DNA of 64,000 bases from the human T2T-CHM13v2.0 reference genome, Homo sapiens. This document shows positions 1 through 14,490 of the stretch, in pieces. The stretch lies in the NCBI RefSeq assembly GCF_009914755.1, contig NC_060942.1. One strand, written 5' to 3'. The notes under the pieces were generated by a model, which did no database searches, was not told where the DNA came from, and saw nothing but the letters and a program-made list of their open reading frames with translations. The position numbers and the translations under genes were made by a program. How positions within the stretch are numbered: the first letter of the stretch is position 1; each line of letters begins with the position of its first letter.

Positions 1-982
1 TTTTTTCTATAGTGCTATAAAAATAAGAAGGTTTTGCCAAAGGAAGAGTGAAGATTGTCTAGTTGGTAAGCCTGACTGATGTTTTCTCCCATGACATTCC
101 TAGATTTCTTGAAGAAAATGCACCCTTGGTTATGTATGGCATCACTCACCATCTGTTCATGGATACTTCTACATGCAAAGTTGTACATGACTTGGAATAA
201 ACCAGCTCTAGTTTTATCATCAGTGTTAATTGTAAATACATTATCTGTAATCAGAAATAAATGTTAGTGATACCATGATTTATTTATGACATGACTTACC
301 ACCTAAACGTATGAATATGCCAAGTAAGTGAAATTATAGTGGGTAAAGCTTATGAAAAGTACTCTATTACTAACCGTTTCTGCATGGAAATTTGTATATT
401 CTAGGAGTAATTGTCTCAGCTACAGATGGAAAAGCTAGGTTTCAAAGTAGATTTAAAATAGTGTTATGCAGGATTATATAATATTCGTTATTTTAATTAA
501 CATTTTCATATATTGAAATCATTTACCATTTTATGCAAATGACATCATTTGGAAGTTTAATTTCTAAAATTGTGAAGTTTTTCCTGTTAAATAAAAATTT
601 ATCAGGGTAAAAGTGATCTTTTCATCCAGATGACTACCTTGACTTCATATTTACCTTTGAAAGAAAACTTTGTTATGGTTATAAACAAGTAAAATTATAT
701 ATTTTCTAGCAAAAGAGAGATTTCATTAAAGAAAAATAATTACTTCTGGAATTGGGCAGTTTATAATTCACATTTGTAATATAGAATTAGCTTAGGGCAA
801 CTAAGAAATAAGAATGAAAAATATAGCAGTTCTATTACAGCCCATGGTTAATAAAATAATTACTGTGAAAAAAATGGAAAGATTATAGGAAGATTAGCTA
901 GACTACAGAAAGAGTGGATGTTTTGAAAAGTAAGTTCCTTTTTTTTCTGTCAGTGACCAGAGTTTTTTAAATCCAGAACTAA

Positions 983-1305
<323 letters not shown>

Positions 1306-1357
1306 GTGTTCTAAGATCTTCTAAAGCTTCATGCATCTTCCTGAAGAAACTATCTTA

Positions 1358-1608
<251 letters not shown>

Positions 1609-2013
1609 TCAAAACAGGTCACATGTGATTTAAAACACAAGCTTGCTATTCACTCCTACTATCCTCCCTGAAGTGTGACCCATCCTCTTTTTCCCTCTCT
1701 GTGGGTTCCAGATTCTCATTTCAGTAGCCAGCATGTGTGTGCCCTGTAGCCCACGAACTTTGGAAGAAATTGACAGCAACTCAATTCCAGGTGTGGCCAC
1801 ACTGGTGAGCTTAGTTGGTATATTTCGTTTGCTTGATCAGAGCCATTGATTCAGGGATAGACATGACCCAGGCAATGAAAGAGACTTGCATCTCAGCCTT
1901 TTGTTCAAAAGTACTCTCACCCACCAGGCTTACCTGAGAGAGCAGACAGCTCCTACTGTGGCTGTGGCCAACCTCTTTCCAAAGGAGTGGCCACACGACA
2001 GCGAAGCCAACAC

Positions 2014-2322
2014 TAGCACTGTGCATCCAGTACAATAACCATTGCCACACATGGCTGTTGAACACTTGAGATATGATTAGTCCGAATTGAGATATACTAT
2101 AAGAGAGATACACACACCAGATGTGAAGATTTAGCATGAAATAAATGTATCTCATAATTTTTATATTGATTACATGTTGAACTGATAATATTTTGGATAC
2201 ATTGGGTTAAAAGATGTTACCAAAATTAATTCCACCTCTTCCTTTTTGGATTTTTAATGTAGCTACTAGTAAATTTAACGTTACATTGGTGTTTTATATA
2301 CTACGTGCATTGGGCAGCATTG
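2014..2322 (-). mobile_element. MER33-like hAT-Charlie DNA transposon
   Basis: gccacacatggctgttgaacacttga...atattgattacatgttgaa...atattttggatacattgggttaaa resembles the reverse MER33 consensus. Confidence 0.75.
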
Positions 2323-2706
2323 TTCTGGTATGATCCAGGTGCTGATGGCATTCTTGAGTGGCCAGATCAACCAATTGTGAGTTCCACATGACCTCTGGAT
2401 TTTCTAGAGACAATTCAAGATATTTCTTTATTTTCTAAAATCACTTTGGATTTGTATTTTTAATTATTTATAATTAAAAACATCCAAATCAACGCTCTGG
2501 TTTTATATTTAAGCACTTGATTTATCTGTACAGTTATTTGAAAAATATGAAGGCCTATACTCAATTTTTCTTTAAAATTCTTATAATTTTCAATGAATAT
2601 CATTTAATTTTTCAAAAAGTATAAAATTTTAGTGCATTCATGTTTCTAAATTTATATTTAAAATACTAAATGTTCCGCAAGTGATATTTAACGATTTTCT
2701 GCCCTT

Positions 2707-3000
2707 GGCTGGGCGTGGTGGTTTATGCCTGTAATCCCAGCACTTTGGGAGGCAGAGGCGTGTTGATCACTTCAGCCCATGAGTTTCGAACCAACCTGGG
2801 TAAACCCCATCTCTACCAAAAAATACAAAAAATTAGCCAAGTGTGGCAGCATGCACCTGTAGTCTCAGCTACTCGGGAAGCTGAGTGGTGGGAGGATCAC
2901 TTAAGCCCAGTAGAGGCCACAGTGAATTGTCATTATGCCACTGCACTTCAGCCTGGGTGACAGAGCAAGATTCTGCCTCAAAAAAAATAAAATAATAAAA
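2707..3000 (+). mobile_element. AluJ
   Basis: Diverged dimer with ggaggatcacttaagcccag; TSD ATTTTCTGCCCTT (2694-2706) / ATTTTCCACCCTT (3001-3013). Confidence 0.92.
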
Positions 3001-5613
3001 ATTTTCCACCCTTTTGTTAATATCATTACCATCATAACGGATTACAAGTTAATTTTTGATATAAAAATGATAAATGTATGTGGGCATAATAATATTTGTA
3101 TTCTAAAGTAACAATCCCATAATTCTTAGGCAGGAAATATGGACTTATCTTTAATTAAATTGTTAGCCTTGCCCTAGACAAAACATCATGGTTTTATATG
3201 GAGTTTTTATATATAAATAAATTATTCTCATAATATTACAGTATCAAAAGAGCACACTTTATTTTATAATTTAATATAAAAATATAAAATGTAATATAAA
3301 ATATTATGATGCACTTGTAATTTATTATTGCAAGTAAAATTGTGATTAATTTCTTTAAAAATTGCATAAGATTAAGTGAAAATGGCTATCCGTCATCACT
3401 TTATGTTGGATTACATTTTATTCCATCCAAAAAAATTCATTAGTTTAATTTAATTCCTAAGATATTCCTAAGCACTTATCAAATATGGCAATGTAGTTAT
3501 TCCATAGGGAGAAAAAAATCTATTTCCACAAGATAGATAATTCTTGTTTTTATATAAGATTTTCACACTGTGTTTTTCAAAAGTTAATGAGAGATTCATC
3601 AGATTTTCCATTTTCTTGGTCATGGATCATTAACCTTATAGAAATGCAGGTAAAATTGACTTTACTATGTTTTTTATCATTATAAATCTCAAAGTCATAG
3701 AGACTGTTTGTCACCCATGCTGGTGCTGAAAATGCAGTTCATAACCTGATTCCATAAACACTACGGCAACACTTTAGACTGAGAAGCATAATCTCATGCT
3801 ATATGCTATAATTAAAGTACACTCAGTGTCCTTTTGATGGGATGGCAAATGACGGTCTGTGATGACTTGCTTTTCCCATTATTGCTGTCATATAGGACAC
3901 ATAATTCAGCAAATGCTTCCATTTCTCAGAACTTTTATGTGTGTAATGACAGCCCAACATCAGCAATGTTCTGTTAATATAGTAAAGAAGATAAGATTGC
4001 CTGTTTGGAGCTGGACACTAAACAGATTATTTGGATGATGTCTTACTGAGCATCTTATTCATCAAATCTAGAATTTAATTCTAAGATGTAGGTTTGCAAT
4101 TACGCATTTGGTTCAGCAAAACATTTTTATATACTGGGTCTTGAAATTCTGTTCGTCCTGTTTTGCCCAGACATCTGTAATTATGTCCTCAAACTATATA
4201 ACTATGGTGGTCTCCGTTTCAATTCTAATAAAAACCTATGACCCTCGTTCTGCAGCCAAGGCCATGGTGGTTTAACAATAAAAAGGGATATTAACATGAA
4301 AAATATCGAAGAGCATCAAGACATTAAATCAAGGCAGGTTTTTTTTCCCCTAAATTGTACCAGTTATTGGGAATCTTCTTTTAGGAATAGATTTTCCATT
4401 AGTTCATGGGTATGCAGATCTAGAAACCTCAAGAATTCTTTTTGTTCCGTTGCCAGATTTGAAACTCAGTCACTGCCTTTTTATCTCAATGTGCTTTGTT
4501 GCCATATTTCTGATGTTTCTTTCCTCATTCCTGACATTACGTTGTCCATTATATTATTCATTTCTCAGTTGCTTCCTTTCTTATGATTTATGCTATAAGT
4601 TACCATAATACTTTGTGGAAAGTCTTGGTATATAGTTATTAAATGTGAATGCTAATCAAATATGATTAAAATGCTCTTCTAGCTCTCTTTGTTAGAAAGG
4701 TAATGCTCTCTCAGAGTTAGACCTTCAAATTAAGTCATACGTACTCAGCTAGTCTTAATGCCATTAAAATATCTTCAGGATTATAGAATTGGGGAAGTTA
4801 TACTAAGTAAAAGACTTTTGCATATTTGGTTTGTTTATCAATTGTGCTTTCCTGTTGTATGCGTTTGATATTTAAAATGCTCTTATGAGGAAGGGGAAAA
4901 AACACCTATATTTATTTCTTAATGGTTTCCACATGCTTGAAAAAATAAATCAAAACTTGACATGGAGACCATCTAAAAATTCATTGACTTACGCTTAATA
5001 TAAAATCTGAGGCCTATATTCTCAGAAAACAACCAAAGCACATGATAATAATCTAGCAAAAAAATCCTATATTTGATTTTTGAAATATGTGTTGATCTTA
5101 AAAATTATATTTTGATACAAGCATATTTCATATGTTAGACTGCTTCCCTTTATTTTACAAGTCTGAGCTTTCAATGAATGAGTCACTTGTGGCTTAACCT
5201 AATTCCTATTCTGAACATAATCTTTAATATAAAGAGTCAGCCTTATGGAAAAAAGAGATTGATGTAGAGTTGAAATAACGGTAATGTTATATCACAGAAA
5301 GTGTTGGGGGAAATTTGAGTGGTGAGATCAATTAATTTTCCTCAGAACTTAAACACAAGAGAATCTTGCACAATGAAGTGTTATTTCCTACTAGTAGCAA
5401 GTGTTCATTTTCTGGCTTTGACATACAATGTATAGTTTCAAAAATACTCAGAAGTTAGTGCCTTAGCACAAAGCTTGCAACAGCTGCAAAAGGCACCTAA
5501 GGAACATTTTGCACTGTGATCAGTAAAACACTGAGACATGCACAATAATTAAATACAGTAAACTTTGACATTTTGCAGACATTTTGTTATATAAAATTCA
5601 TACATATGGGTAC

Positions 5614-6123
<510 letters not shown>

Positions 6124-6294
6124 TCAAAATAGGACAATATAACATATTTCCTTTTACAGTGTGTTAACTTTATTTGTAACATACGTATTTAGACAGGTGG
6201 CATGTCCATTCAGATTCTCACCTTGGGTCCACCTCTCTGACAGTGGAAGAGAAAATGGAATCAATACATTATAAGGAAGAATCATGAAAGTCAT

Positions 6295-6460
6295 TTTATT
6301 TGTTTTTCTTCTGTCAAGGGTCACAGTCTTGTGCTGCCTGTTGTCCAGTGTGTGAAATCAATTGTTTTATATGTTGATACAGTTTTTTTAATTGTTTACA
6401 ACCAAAAGGGAAAGCCAGCTCATTCCTAGATATTCCATTATGACCAGAAACAGAAATCTA
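6295..6460 (-). mobile_element. Ancient L1M 5'-region fragment
   Basis: gggtcacagtcttgtgctgcctgttgtccagtgtgtgaaa...ttgttttatatgttg resembles the reverse L1M 5' end. Confidence 0.5.
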
Positions 6461-8243
6461 GGGCATACTGCTAAACAACCTCAAAGTTAAAAGTGGTTCT
6501 AGTATGATACAGTACCTGTTTTCAAACTTTTTAGCTAAGACAGATACATGAAGGGAAGGAATATGTGCTTCTCTAGAGCCTGGGAGAAGACCCAAATGAG
6601 TTCCGAAAAAGACAAACTATCTTTATTGTCATACTTAAAAGGTTGCAATTAATCTGCTTTCTCCTCCATGCTCTACCTTTAGACTAAATATATATGCACT
6701 TTAGACTAAATATATTCAGCCTCGGCAATTAGCTTACTTTTGAGGGTGTCCATACCCAACAGGTGCTACCACTTATAAGTGTATTTCTGCAGAAGTTGCT
6801 GAGTCACCAGCAGCTCTAAGATATTATGAAATCCTCCAGTGCCCTTCTGGAGCCACTTGGGGGACAAGGGTTTTAAATGGTAGAGAACTCTTGCGTGGAA
6901 TCCTCAAGTCTCCAAACATCTGTACTTTGTCTAGAAGTCAACTCCCAAGTGCCTAAAGGATTATTAAATAACCAGGGGTAATCTAGGTCTCTTCTGGATT
7001 AAACTCAGTGCCCTAAAGTTCTCCTCACAAAGCAGGATACACACCCAACAAGGTACTAGAACTGGCACGTTACTAGTTGTGTGTGTTAATGTCTTTAGGA
7101 ATCTAGAAATCTCCTAAGTCATCTTCTCACTCACTTAAACAATTGTGTAGTTCACAAACACGGAGGGATGACTAACTTCCTGAAGAATGCAGCCACAATT
7201 TGTAAGCATAAATGGGCTCTTTGTAATGAGAAGAAATTAGAGGGTTCTGTTCCATTTTTATTATGCAGAATGGAAGTTTTCAATGATATGTAACACAGAA
7301 AAATTAAGGAGTAGGTGGAGATTCCAACATTAAGGTAATGTTAAGCATATGATCTATTTAAACTTGGCACTTAACGAACAGAGAGTAAAGCTATCCAAGG
7401 CGTCCTAACTGATCATTTGGAAGACTGGCAAAAGTGTTCGGCATAAAACAATATGCATTAGTGTAATCAGAATGTGTAAATTGTAATCATAATGCCTCTT
7501 AAATGTACCCATGTCAGTAACAGAATCGCTGCCAGGTAATGAAGACAGACTACTTGGTGAGAAAGAGCTATCTCATTTACTTTTTATTATGTCCCAATCT
7601 GTAAATTAGGAGCACAAAAAATTGGTCCAGCTGCCCTGTGTTTTCACTTTCAGCAACGCTATCTCATGAAATAATGGAAATGTTTTCCCGTAAATAACCA
7701 AAGAACAGAAATAATGCAACTCATTAAAATACAATAGTGTATATGACTTCAACTCGTCTTAACAAGGTTGGTATTCCCAATAAACAGTTCCTTAAAACAG
7801 AAAATTAGTGGGCATTTATGGAAGTTCTTTAAAGATAAATGATGTTTTGTTATTACTTTTTAAGAAATCCTTTCCAATAATAACCAAGACCATGTATTTG
7901 AGTTACAAACATGACCATGATTCAAAGCAACAATTGTGAAAATGATGCTAGTACAATTTTGTCTCCCTAATTCCGAGTTTCTTCTTCCACAGTGATTAGT
8001 ATTTATTCATAGGCTTAATGGAAATTATTAAATATTTGTTAAATAAAATAATATATGGTATATACGCATATAAAATCTGGCTTTACGAGTAAACTAAATA
8101 CCTTTTATAGGACCTTTTACTCTTATTTCATTCAGTTTGTTCTTTCCAAACCAAAAATTAATGCTTGCATTATGTTGGTAAATCTCCCTAAATGTTCCCA
8201 ACTCAACTATAAATAAAGTGGATGACCCATTATATTGGGTCAG

Positions 8244-8277
8244 GTGTGTGTATGCGTGTGTGTTTGTGTGTGTGTGT
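8244..8277 (+). repeat. Interrupted (TG)n microsatellite
   Basis: gtgtgtgtatgcgtgtgtgtttgtgtgtgtgtgt. Confidence 0.95.
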
Positions 8278-8977
8278 AAGTAAAATAAAAAAGAAATTCA
8301 ACAAATAAAACTAAAATTATCTCTATATTTTATAATACCACAAGAAACTGCTGGTCACTGTACTCCTTTTTATAGTGGGGTGGTAAGCAACTGAGAACCT
8401 GAGATTGTTTATGTTCCCAAAGATGACATTAAAAAGAAACTTTTTACAAACATTCTTGGCAGTATTTCTTTTGCCAAAATTTGTATCAATTTATTAACTA
8501 CATGAAACAGATTAAATATATTAAACCTAGTTTTTTCCAAACCTGTCCATGGCTAACCATTAAGATACCAGCTAGAACTATTTGAATATCATCTTCAGAA
8601 TAAATTTGTAAACACTTTTTCTTCTTTACTTGATTATCCAGCAAGTTTTCTGCCACTAAGCCCTCCACACAACAGTAAGCACATTAGGGGAGGCTGCAGT
8701 GTAAGTCTGTGGTGATATTCCACTATTTCTGAAACACAAAGACACTTTTGATCCCCTATGACTTCACATGCATGTTACTGAAAAGGCATTATTGACTTCC
8801 CTTTGTTGCTACAATGGAGTAACAAGATCAAAGTCCTCAGAGTTGAACAAGAGGTACAGACTAAACCCCAAGTCCTCTATTATCTGTGACCAGAGATTTT
8901 GTCAAAGGAGAGGATGTCTCTTAATCCATCAGGAGAAGCACCAGGCACCTGTGCAATTTTAAAAATTGCTGTGTTTC

Positions 8978-9231
8978 ACCACGTTTCACTCATAAGTGGG
9001 AGTTGAACAATAAGAACACATGGACACAGGGAGGGGAACATCACACACTGGGGCCTGTCGGGGGGTGGGGGGCAAGGGGAGGGATAACATTAGGAGAAAT
9101 ACCTAATGCATGCAGGGCTTAAAACCTATGATGGGTTGTTGGGTGCAGCAAACCACCATGGCACGTGTATACCTTTGTAACAGACCTGCAGGTTCTGCAC
9201 ATGTATCCCAGAACTTAAAGTATAATTTTTA
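8978..9231 (+). mobile_element. 5'-truncated L1PA (L1PA8-like) 3' end
   Basis: L1PA 3' UTR with G-tract; 17-bp TSD AAAAATTGCTGTGTTTC at 8961-8977 and 9232-9248; TTTT/AA endonuclease site. Confidence 0.93.
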
Positions 9232-9422
9232 AAAAATTGCTGTGTTTCTGAGAACCACTAAATTATAAAGTCTAGAATGTGTTTATAATTAATTATACAA
9301 TCTGAAGCATGCGCTAAGTAAGAATTTTTATATTCTTAAAATAGTATATGGACAATATTAAGATCTTGGTTTTCTATATTTAGTAATATGTGCAGTAATG
9401 CAGGGTTGCATTGCTATTGGGC

Positions 9423-11500
9423 TTTTTTCTTTTTAGAAATTTTATTTTATTTTTGTAAGTACATAGGTATATATATTTATGGGATACATGAGCTATTTTT
9501 ATATGGGCATACAATGCATAACAATCACATCAGGGGAGTATTTATCACCTGAAACATTTATCTTTTCTTCATGTTACAAACAATCCAAATATACTCTTCT
9601 AGTTATTTTTAAATGTTCAATAAATTTTTGTTGACTGTGGCCATCCTGTTGTGCTATCAAATACTAGATCTTATTTATTCCATCTAACTATATTTCTGTA
9701 CCCATTAACCATCCCACCCCTCCCCCACCCTTCCCATCCTCTAGTAACCACCATTCTACTCTCTATCTCCATGAGGTCAATTATTTTAATTTTTAGCTCC
9801 CACAACTAAGTAAGATCATGCAAAGCTTGTTTTTCTGTGCCTGGTTTATTTCAGTTTAAATGATGACCTCAAATTCTATCCATGTTGTTACCAATGACAG
9901 GATCTCATTCTTTTTTATAGCTGAATATGTCTTTATCCATTTGCCTGTTAATGGATACTTAGGTTGCTTCTAAATCTGGGTTATTGTCAATAGGGCTGCA
10001 ATAAACATGGAAGTTCAGCTATCTCTTCAATACACTTATTTCTTTTCTTTTGGGAATATACCTAGTGGTGGGATTGCTGGATCATGTGGTAGCTCTACTT
10101 TTGGTTCTTTGAGGAACCTCCAAACTATTCCCCATAGTGGTTATACTAACTTACATTCCCACCAACAGTGTGTGAGGATTCCCTTCTCTCCACATTCTCA
10201 CCAGCATTTGTTATTGCCTGTCCTTTGAATAAAAGCCATTTTAACTGGAGTGGGATGATACCTCAATGTAGTTTTAATCTGCATTTCTCTGATGATCAGT
10301 GATGCTGAGCAGCTTTTCATACACCTGTTTGCCATTCGTATGTCTTCTTTCGAGAAATGTCTATCCGGATCTTTTGCCCATTTTAAAATCAGATTACTAG
10401 ATTTTTTTCTATAGAGTTCTTTGAGCTCCTGATATATTCTGGTTATTATCCCTTATTGGATGGGGAGTTTGCAGATATTTTCTCTCATTCTATGAATTGT
10501 CTCTTTACTTTGTTGATTGTTTCCTTTGCTGTAGAAGCTTTTTAACTTGATGTGATCCCATTTGTCCATTTTTGCTTGGGTTGTCTGTGTTTGTGGGGTA
10601 TTACTCAAGAAATATTTGCCCAGTCCAATGTCCTGGATTGTGTCTCCAATGTTTTCTTTTAATAGTTGCATAGTTTCAGGTCTTAGATTTAAGTCTTTAA
10701 TCCATTTTCATTTGGTTTTTGTATATGGTGAGAGATAAGGATCTAGTTTCATTCTTCTACCTATAGATACTCGGTTTTCCCAGCACCATTTATTGAAGAG
10801 ATGGTCATTTCCCTAATGCATGTTCCTGGTGACTTTGTCAAAAATGAATTCACTGTAGATGTATGAATTTATTTATGGGTCCCCTATACTCTCCCATTGG
10901 TCTATGTGTCTGTTTTTATGCCATTACCATGCTGTTTTAGTTACTATAGCTCTGCACTATAATGTGAAGTCGAGTAATGTGATTCTTCCAGTTTTGTTCT
11001 TTTTGCTCAGGATAGCTTTGGCTATTCTGTATCTTTTGTAGTTTTAATAGAATTGTCTTTTCTGTTTCCGTGAAGAATGTTATCGGTATTTTTGATAGGA
11101 ATTGCACTGAATCTATAGATTGCTAGGTAATATGGAAATTTTAACAATATGGATTATTCCAATCCATGAACATGGAATATCTTTCCATTTTTTGGTGTCC
11201 TCTTCTATTTCTTGCATCGGTGTTTTACGGTTTTTTTTGTAGAGATCTTATCACTACTTGTTTAATTCCTTTTTCAGATTGTTTGCTGCTGACAAATAGA
11301 AATGCTACTGCTTTTCATATGTTGATTTTGTATCCTGCAACTTTATTACATTTTAAATCAATTTTAATAGTTTTTTGGTGGAGTCCTTAGTTTTTTCCAA
11401 ATATTAGATTATATCATCTGCAAACAAGGATAATTTAACTTATTCCTTTTGAATTTGGCTGCTCTTTATTTCTTTCTGTTGTCTGATTGCTCTAACTAGG
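9423..11500 (-). mobile_element. 5'-truncated L1MA (MA1-3-like), 3' UTR plus degraded ORF2
   Basis: Minus-strand ORF2 remnant ([36 protein letters not shown]); TSD TGCATTGCTA(T/C)TG at 9407-9419 and 11501-11513. Confidence 0.92.
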
Positions 11501-13419
11501 TGCATTGCTACTGTGACCCAAATTCCAGTATGTAAGAGAATCTCACCCATCAAAAATAAGAACAATAAGTCCTTTGAACCTTGTAATTGCAACATATTAC
11601 ATGCTTTTCCAGGTTTTGCTGTCCTTGATCAATTTGCTAAATCGTCCTTCAGGAGATAATAAAAAGTGATGCAAATTATAGAAAAACAAGAAATAATAGT
11701 CTCCATTGAAAATTAGTAATGATCTATTGAAACAAAGACTGACATTGAAAATGAAGAATAACTTAGTGACAAAATGCATTCAAATTTATAGCCAGTCATC
11801 TTCTAAGAAATAGATAAATATCCATATTAGAAACAATTATTTGCAGCAGAATTTTACTTTTATTGTATTAAAATCTCCTAGTTTTAATAAATAGTACCAG
11901 AGGATCAATAAACTGTATCATTTGTATACTGCTTCACAGCCTGAAAGCTGAGACCAGTAACTCAATAGATTGACTTATAGTTTTCTGGTGAGTTTTCGGA
12001 CTTTGACCATGATTTTCAGTTTATAGAATTTTTGAAACAGTAACAAAAACAGACATATCCATTTAATTTAGAATAGCATCCACAAATAGTTATCTACAAA
12101 TACAAGGCACTGTCCTAGGCATATACTGTTTTTACCTATCTCCAAGGAATTTGTGTCCAACTGATGATCCAAACATAAAGAAAGTGTTGGCTAATGGTGA
12201 GATCAAGGTGTTGACAGAAAGGCCAGCTAGTTGATTACCGCACCAGAGTTTCATAAAGTGACAATGCTTTAGTTCCACACAACTCCAGTGCCACTTTACA
12301 TGTGTAATTATGGTTGCATTGACACCTATATCACAATCACAAAATAATGTTTTATTTTAAATACAATCTTTTTTAAAAGGGGAACTTAAGACTCCTAGGG
12401 ATCTGAGGAAAGGGTTCAATGTAAAAATTTTCTTACTTTTAGGAAACATTGAATTAAATCATATAACTGGAACGTGACAGAGCCAGAATTTAAACCCAAG
12501 TTTTCAGAGTTCTTTTCACTACCAGAGAGAAAAGATTTCTTAGAAGAGATAGCACTTTCCCAACATCTTTTGCACATCTAGAGAGAAAGAAATAAGCACT
12601 ATGGGAAAAACAAATGGTATTTTCATTGTTCCTTGAAAAAAATAACCCTACACCAAGAATTATAGGACAAAAGCCCAATGGGATATTAAAGTAAAAGCCA
12701 CACTCAACGAAACTGAGGACTCTTTTCTTGTTTTGTTGAGATGCTGTGATATAGACATTAAGTTTAGCCAAATACTCCTCTTCCTATTTATTTTTATTTA
12801 ACATCCCTGACAGAATTATGAAGCTTCAGATGAATACTCAGAGTGATAAACGACAGACTGCTCTCCCAACACCCTGAATGGAAATTTTTCATTTTGCTCA
12901 GTACATTTATGAAATAATCCTGTTATGTGTCTTATGGTGGTCATCACTTGGATCCTGCCTACTTTCCATGTCATTGGGGCCCCATTTTCACGTCTTCCCT
13001 CCCAAGCATCCCCAGTACTGTTCAGTTATACATAATTCTATCAAATACTCAAATTCCTTTTAGCTAGCTTTCTACAGAAGTATCTGCCTTTTGCACTGTT
13101 CTAGGGTAAGCACCCTGCCAGAGGTCTGCATTGATGTCATTAGCAAAAGGAGAAAGTAATTAAATGGAAAATGAATGCCTATTTTCAATTCCACCAAAAT
13201 ATGTTTTTTTAACCATTATGATTTTTCAGCTATAATATCCATTGTTTCTGTTTCGTTAAATGAGGTAGTACTTTCCCTTAGGAATACTGGCAGTGGGAAC
13301 ATTGACAATGTCTCTTATTTCACAGAATGGGATTTCAGAACAGATATGCCAAGTAAGTTGAGTAAGATTCCACTCCATCACCATACTCATCATATTCTAC
13401 TTCCAGATAGGATGCAAAG

Positions 13420-13941
13420 CAGGGGTCCCAATCACCAGGCCAAAGACCAATACTGGTTTATGGCCTGTTAGAAACCAGGCCACAGAGCAGGTGAGCAGCG
13501 GGCAAGCTAGTGAAGCTTCATTTGTATTTGCAGCCGCTCCCCATCACTCACATTCCTACCTGAGCTCTACCTCCTGTCAGATCAGCGGCATGAGATTCTC
13601 AAAGGAGCATGAAGCATGAACCCTATTGTGAACTGCGCATGCGAGGGATTTAGGCTCCGTGCTCCTTATGAGAACCTAATGCCTGATGATCTGTCACTGT
13701 CTCCCATCACCCCCATATAGGACTGTCTAGCTGCAGGAAAACAAGCTTAGGGCTCCCACTGATTCCACATTATGGTGGGTTGTATAATAATTTCATTATA
13801 TATTACAATGTAATAATAGAGATAAAGTGCAAAATAAATGTAATGCACTGGAATCATCCTGAAACCATCCCCCACCCTGATCCATGGAAAAATTGTCTTC
13901 CATGAAACTGGTCCCTGGTGCTAAAAGGTTGTGGGCGTCTG
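13420..13941 (+). mobile_element. MER1A hAT-Charlie DNA transposon, near full length
   Basis: caggggtccc start; ctattgtgaactgcgcatgcgagggat; aaactggtccctggtgctaaaaggtt end. Confidence 0.9.
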
Positions 13942-14402
13942 ATATAGTTTCATTTACAATAACTCCATTATTCTTGGAGTTCGGACACCTGGGTTTTCAA
14001 CCCAGTTTGGTCACTAACCTCTTAAACAACCAAGACAAGCGGATGATCATCTCTGAGCTGTACAGTTCTCATACAAGATAGACAACAGACGATGGCAAAG
14101 GCTGTTTAAGCTTTAAAATGCTTAGCCCTTCCATTTTTTTCATTCAGAATATGTTTTACAATGGGCATAGAAATCTTTCAGTCTTTAAAAACGTGATGAA
14201 GGATATGAGACTATTTCTATAGAGCTAAAAATATATTTATATTTTGAATTATGAAACAGTGTGTAGGAACATCTTACAAAACTTAATAGTAATATATTGA
14301 AAGACAGCATAACCCAGTTGCCAGAGAAAGCAGAAATCAAGACAAAGATCTTGGAACAACATTGTTTAATGTGAGAACAAGGTTCCAGTTCTCTGACGCC
14401 TG

Positions 14403-14490
14403 TATTCATTTAACAAATGTTTACTAAGCACCAACTGTGTGCTAGGCAAAAGGCCAGGCCCTCTTTTTAATAAAGTTCGTTCATGATACA
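14403..14490 (-). mobile_element. L2 3' end fragment
   Basis: tattcatttaacaaatgtttactaagcaccaactgtgtgctaggca. Confidence 0.7.

Noticed and set aside
12230-12450. Possible degraded hAT element
   Set aside because: Too diverged to assign by eye
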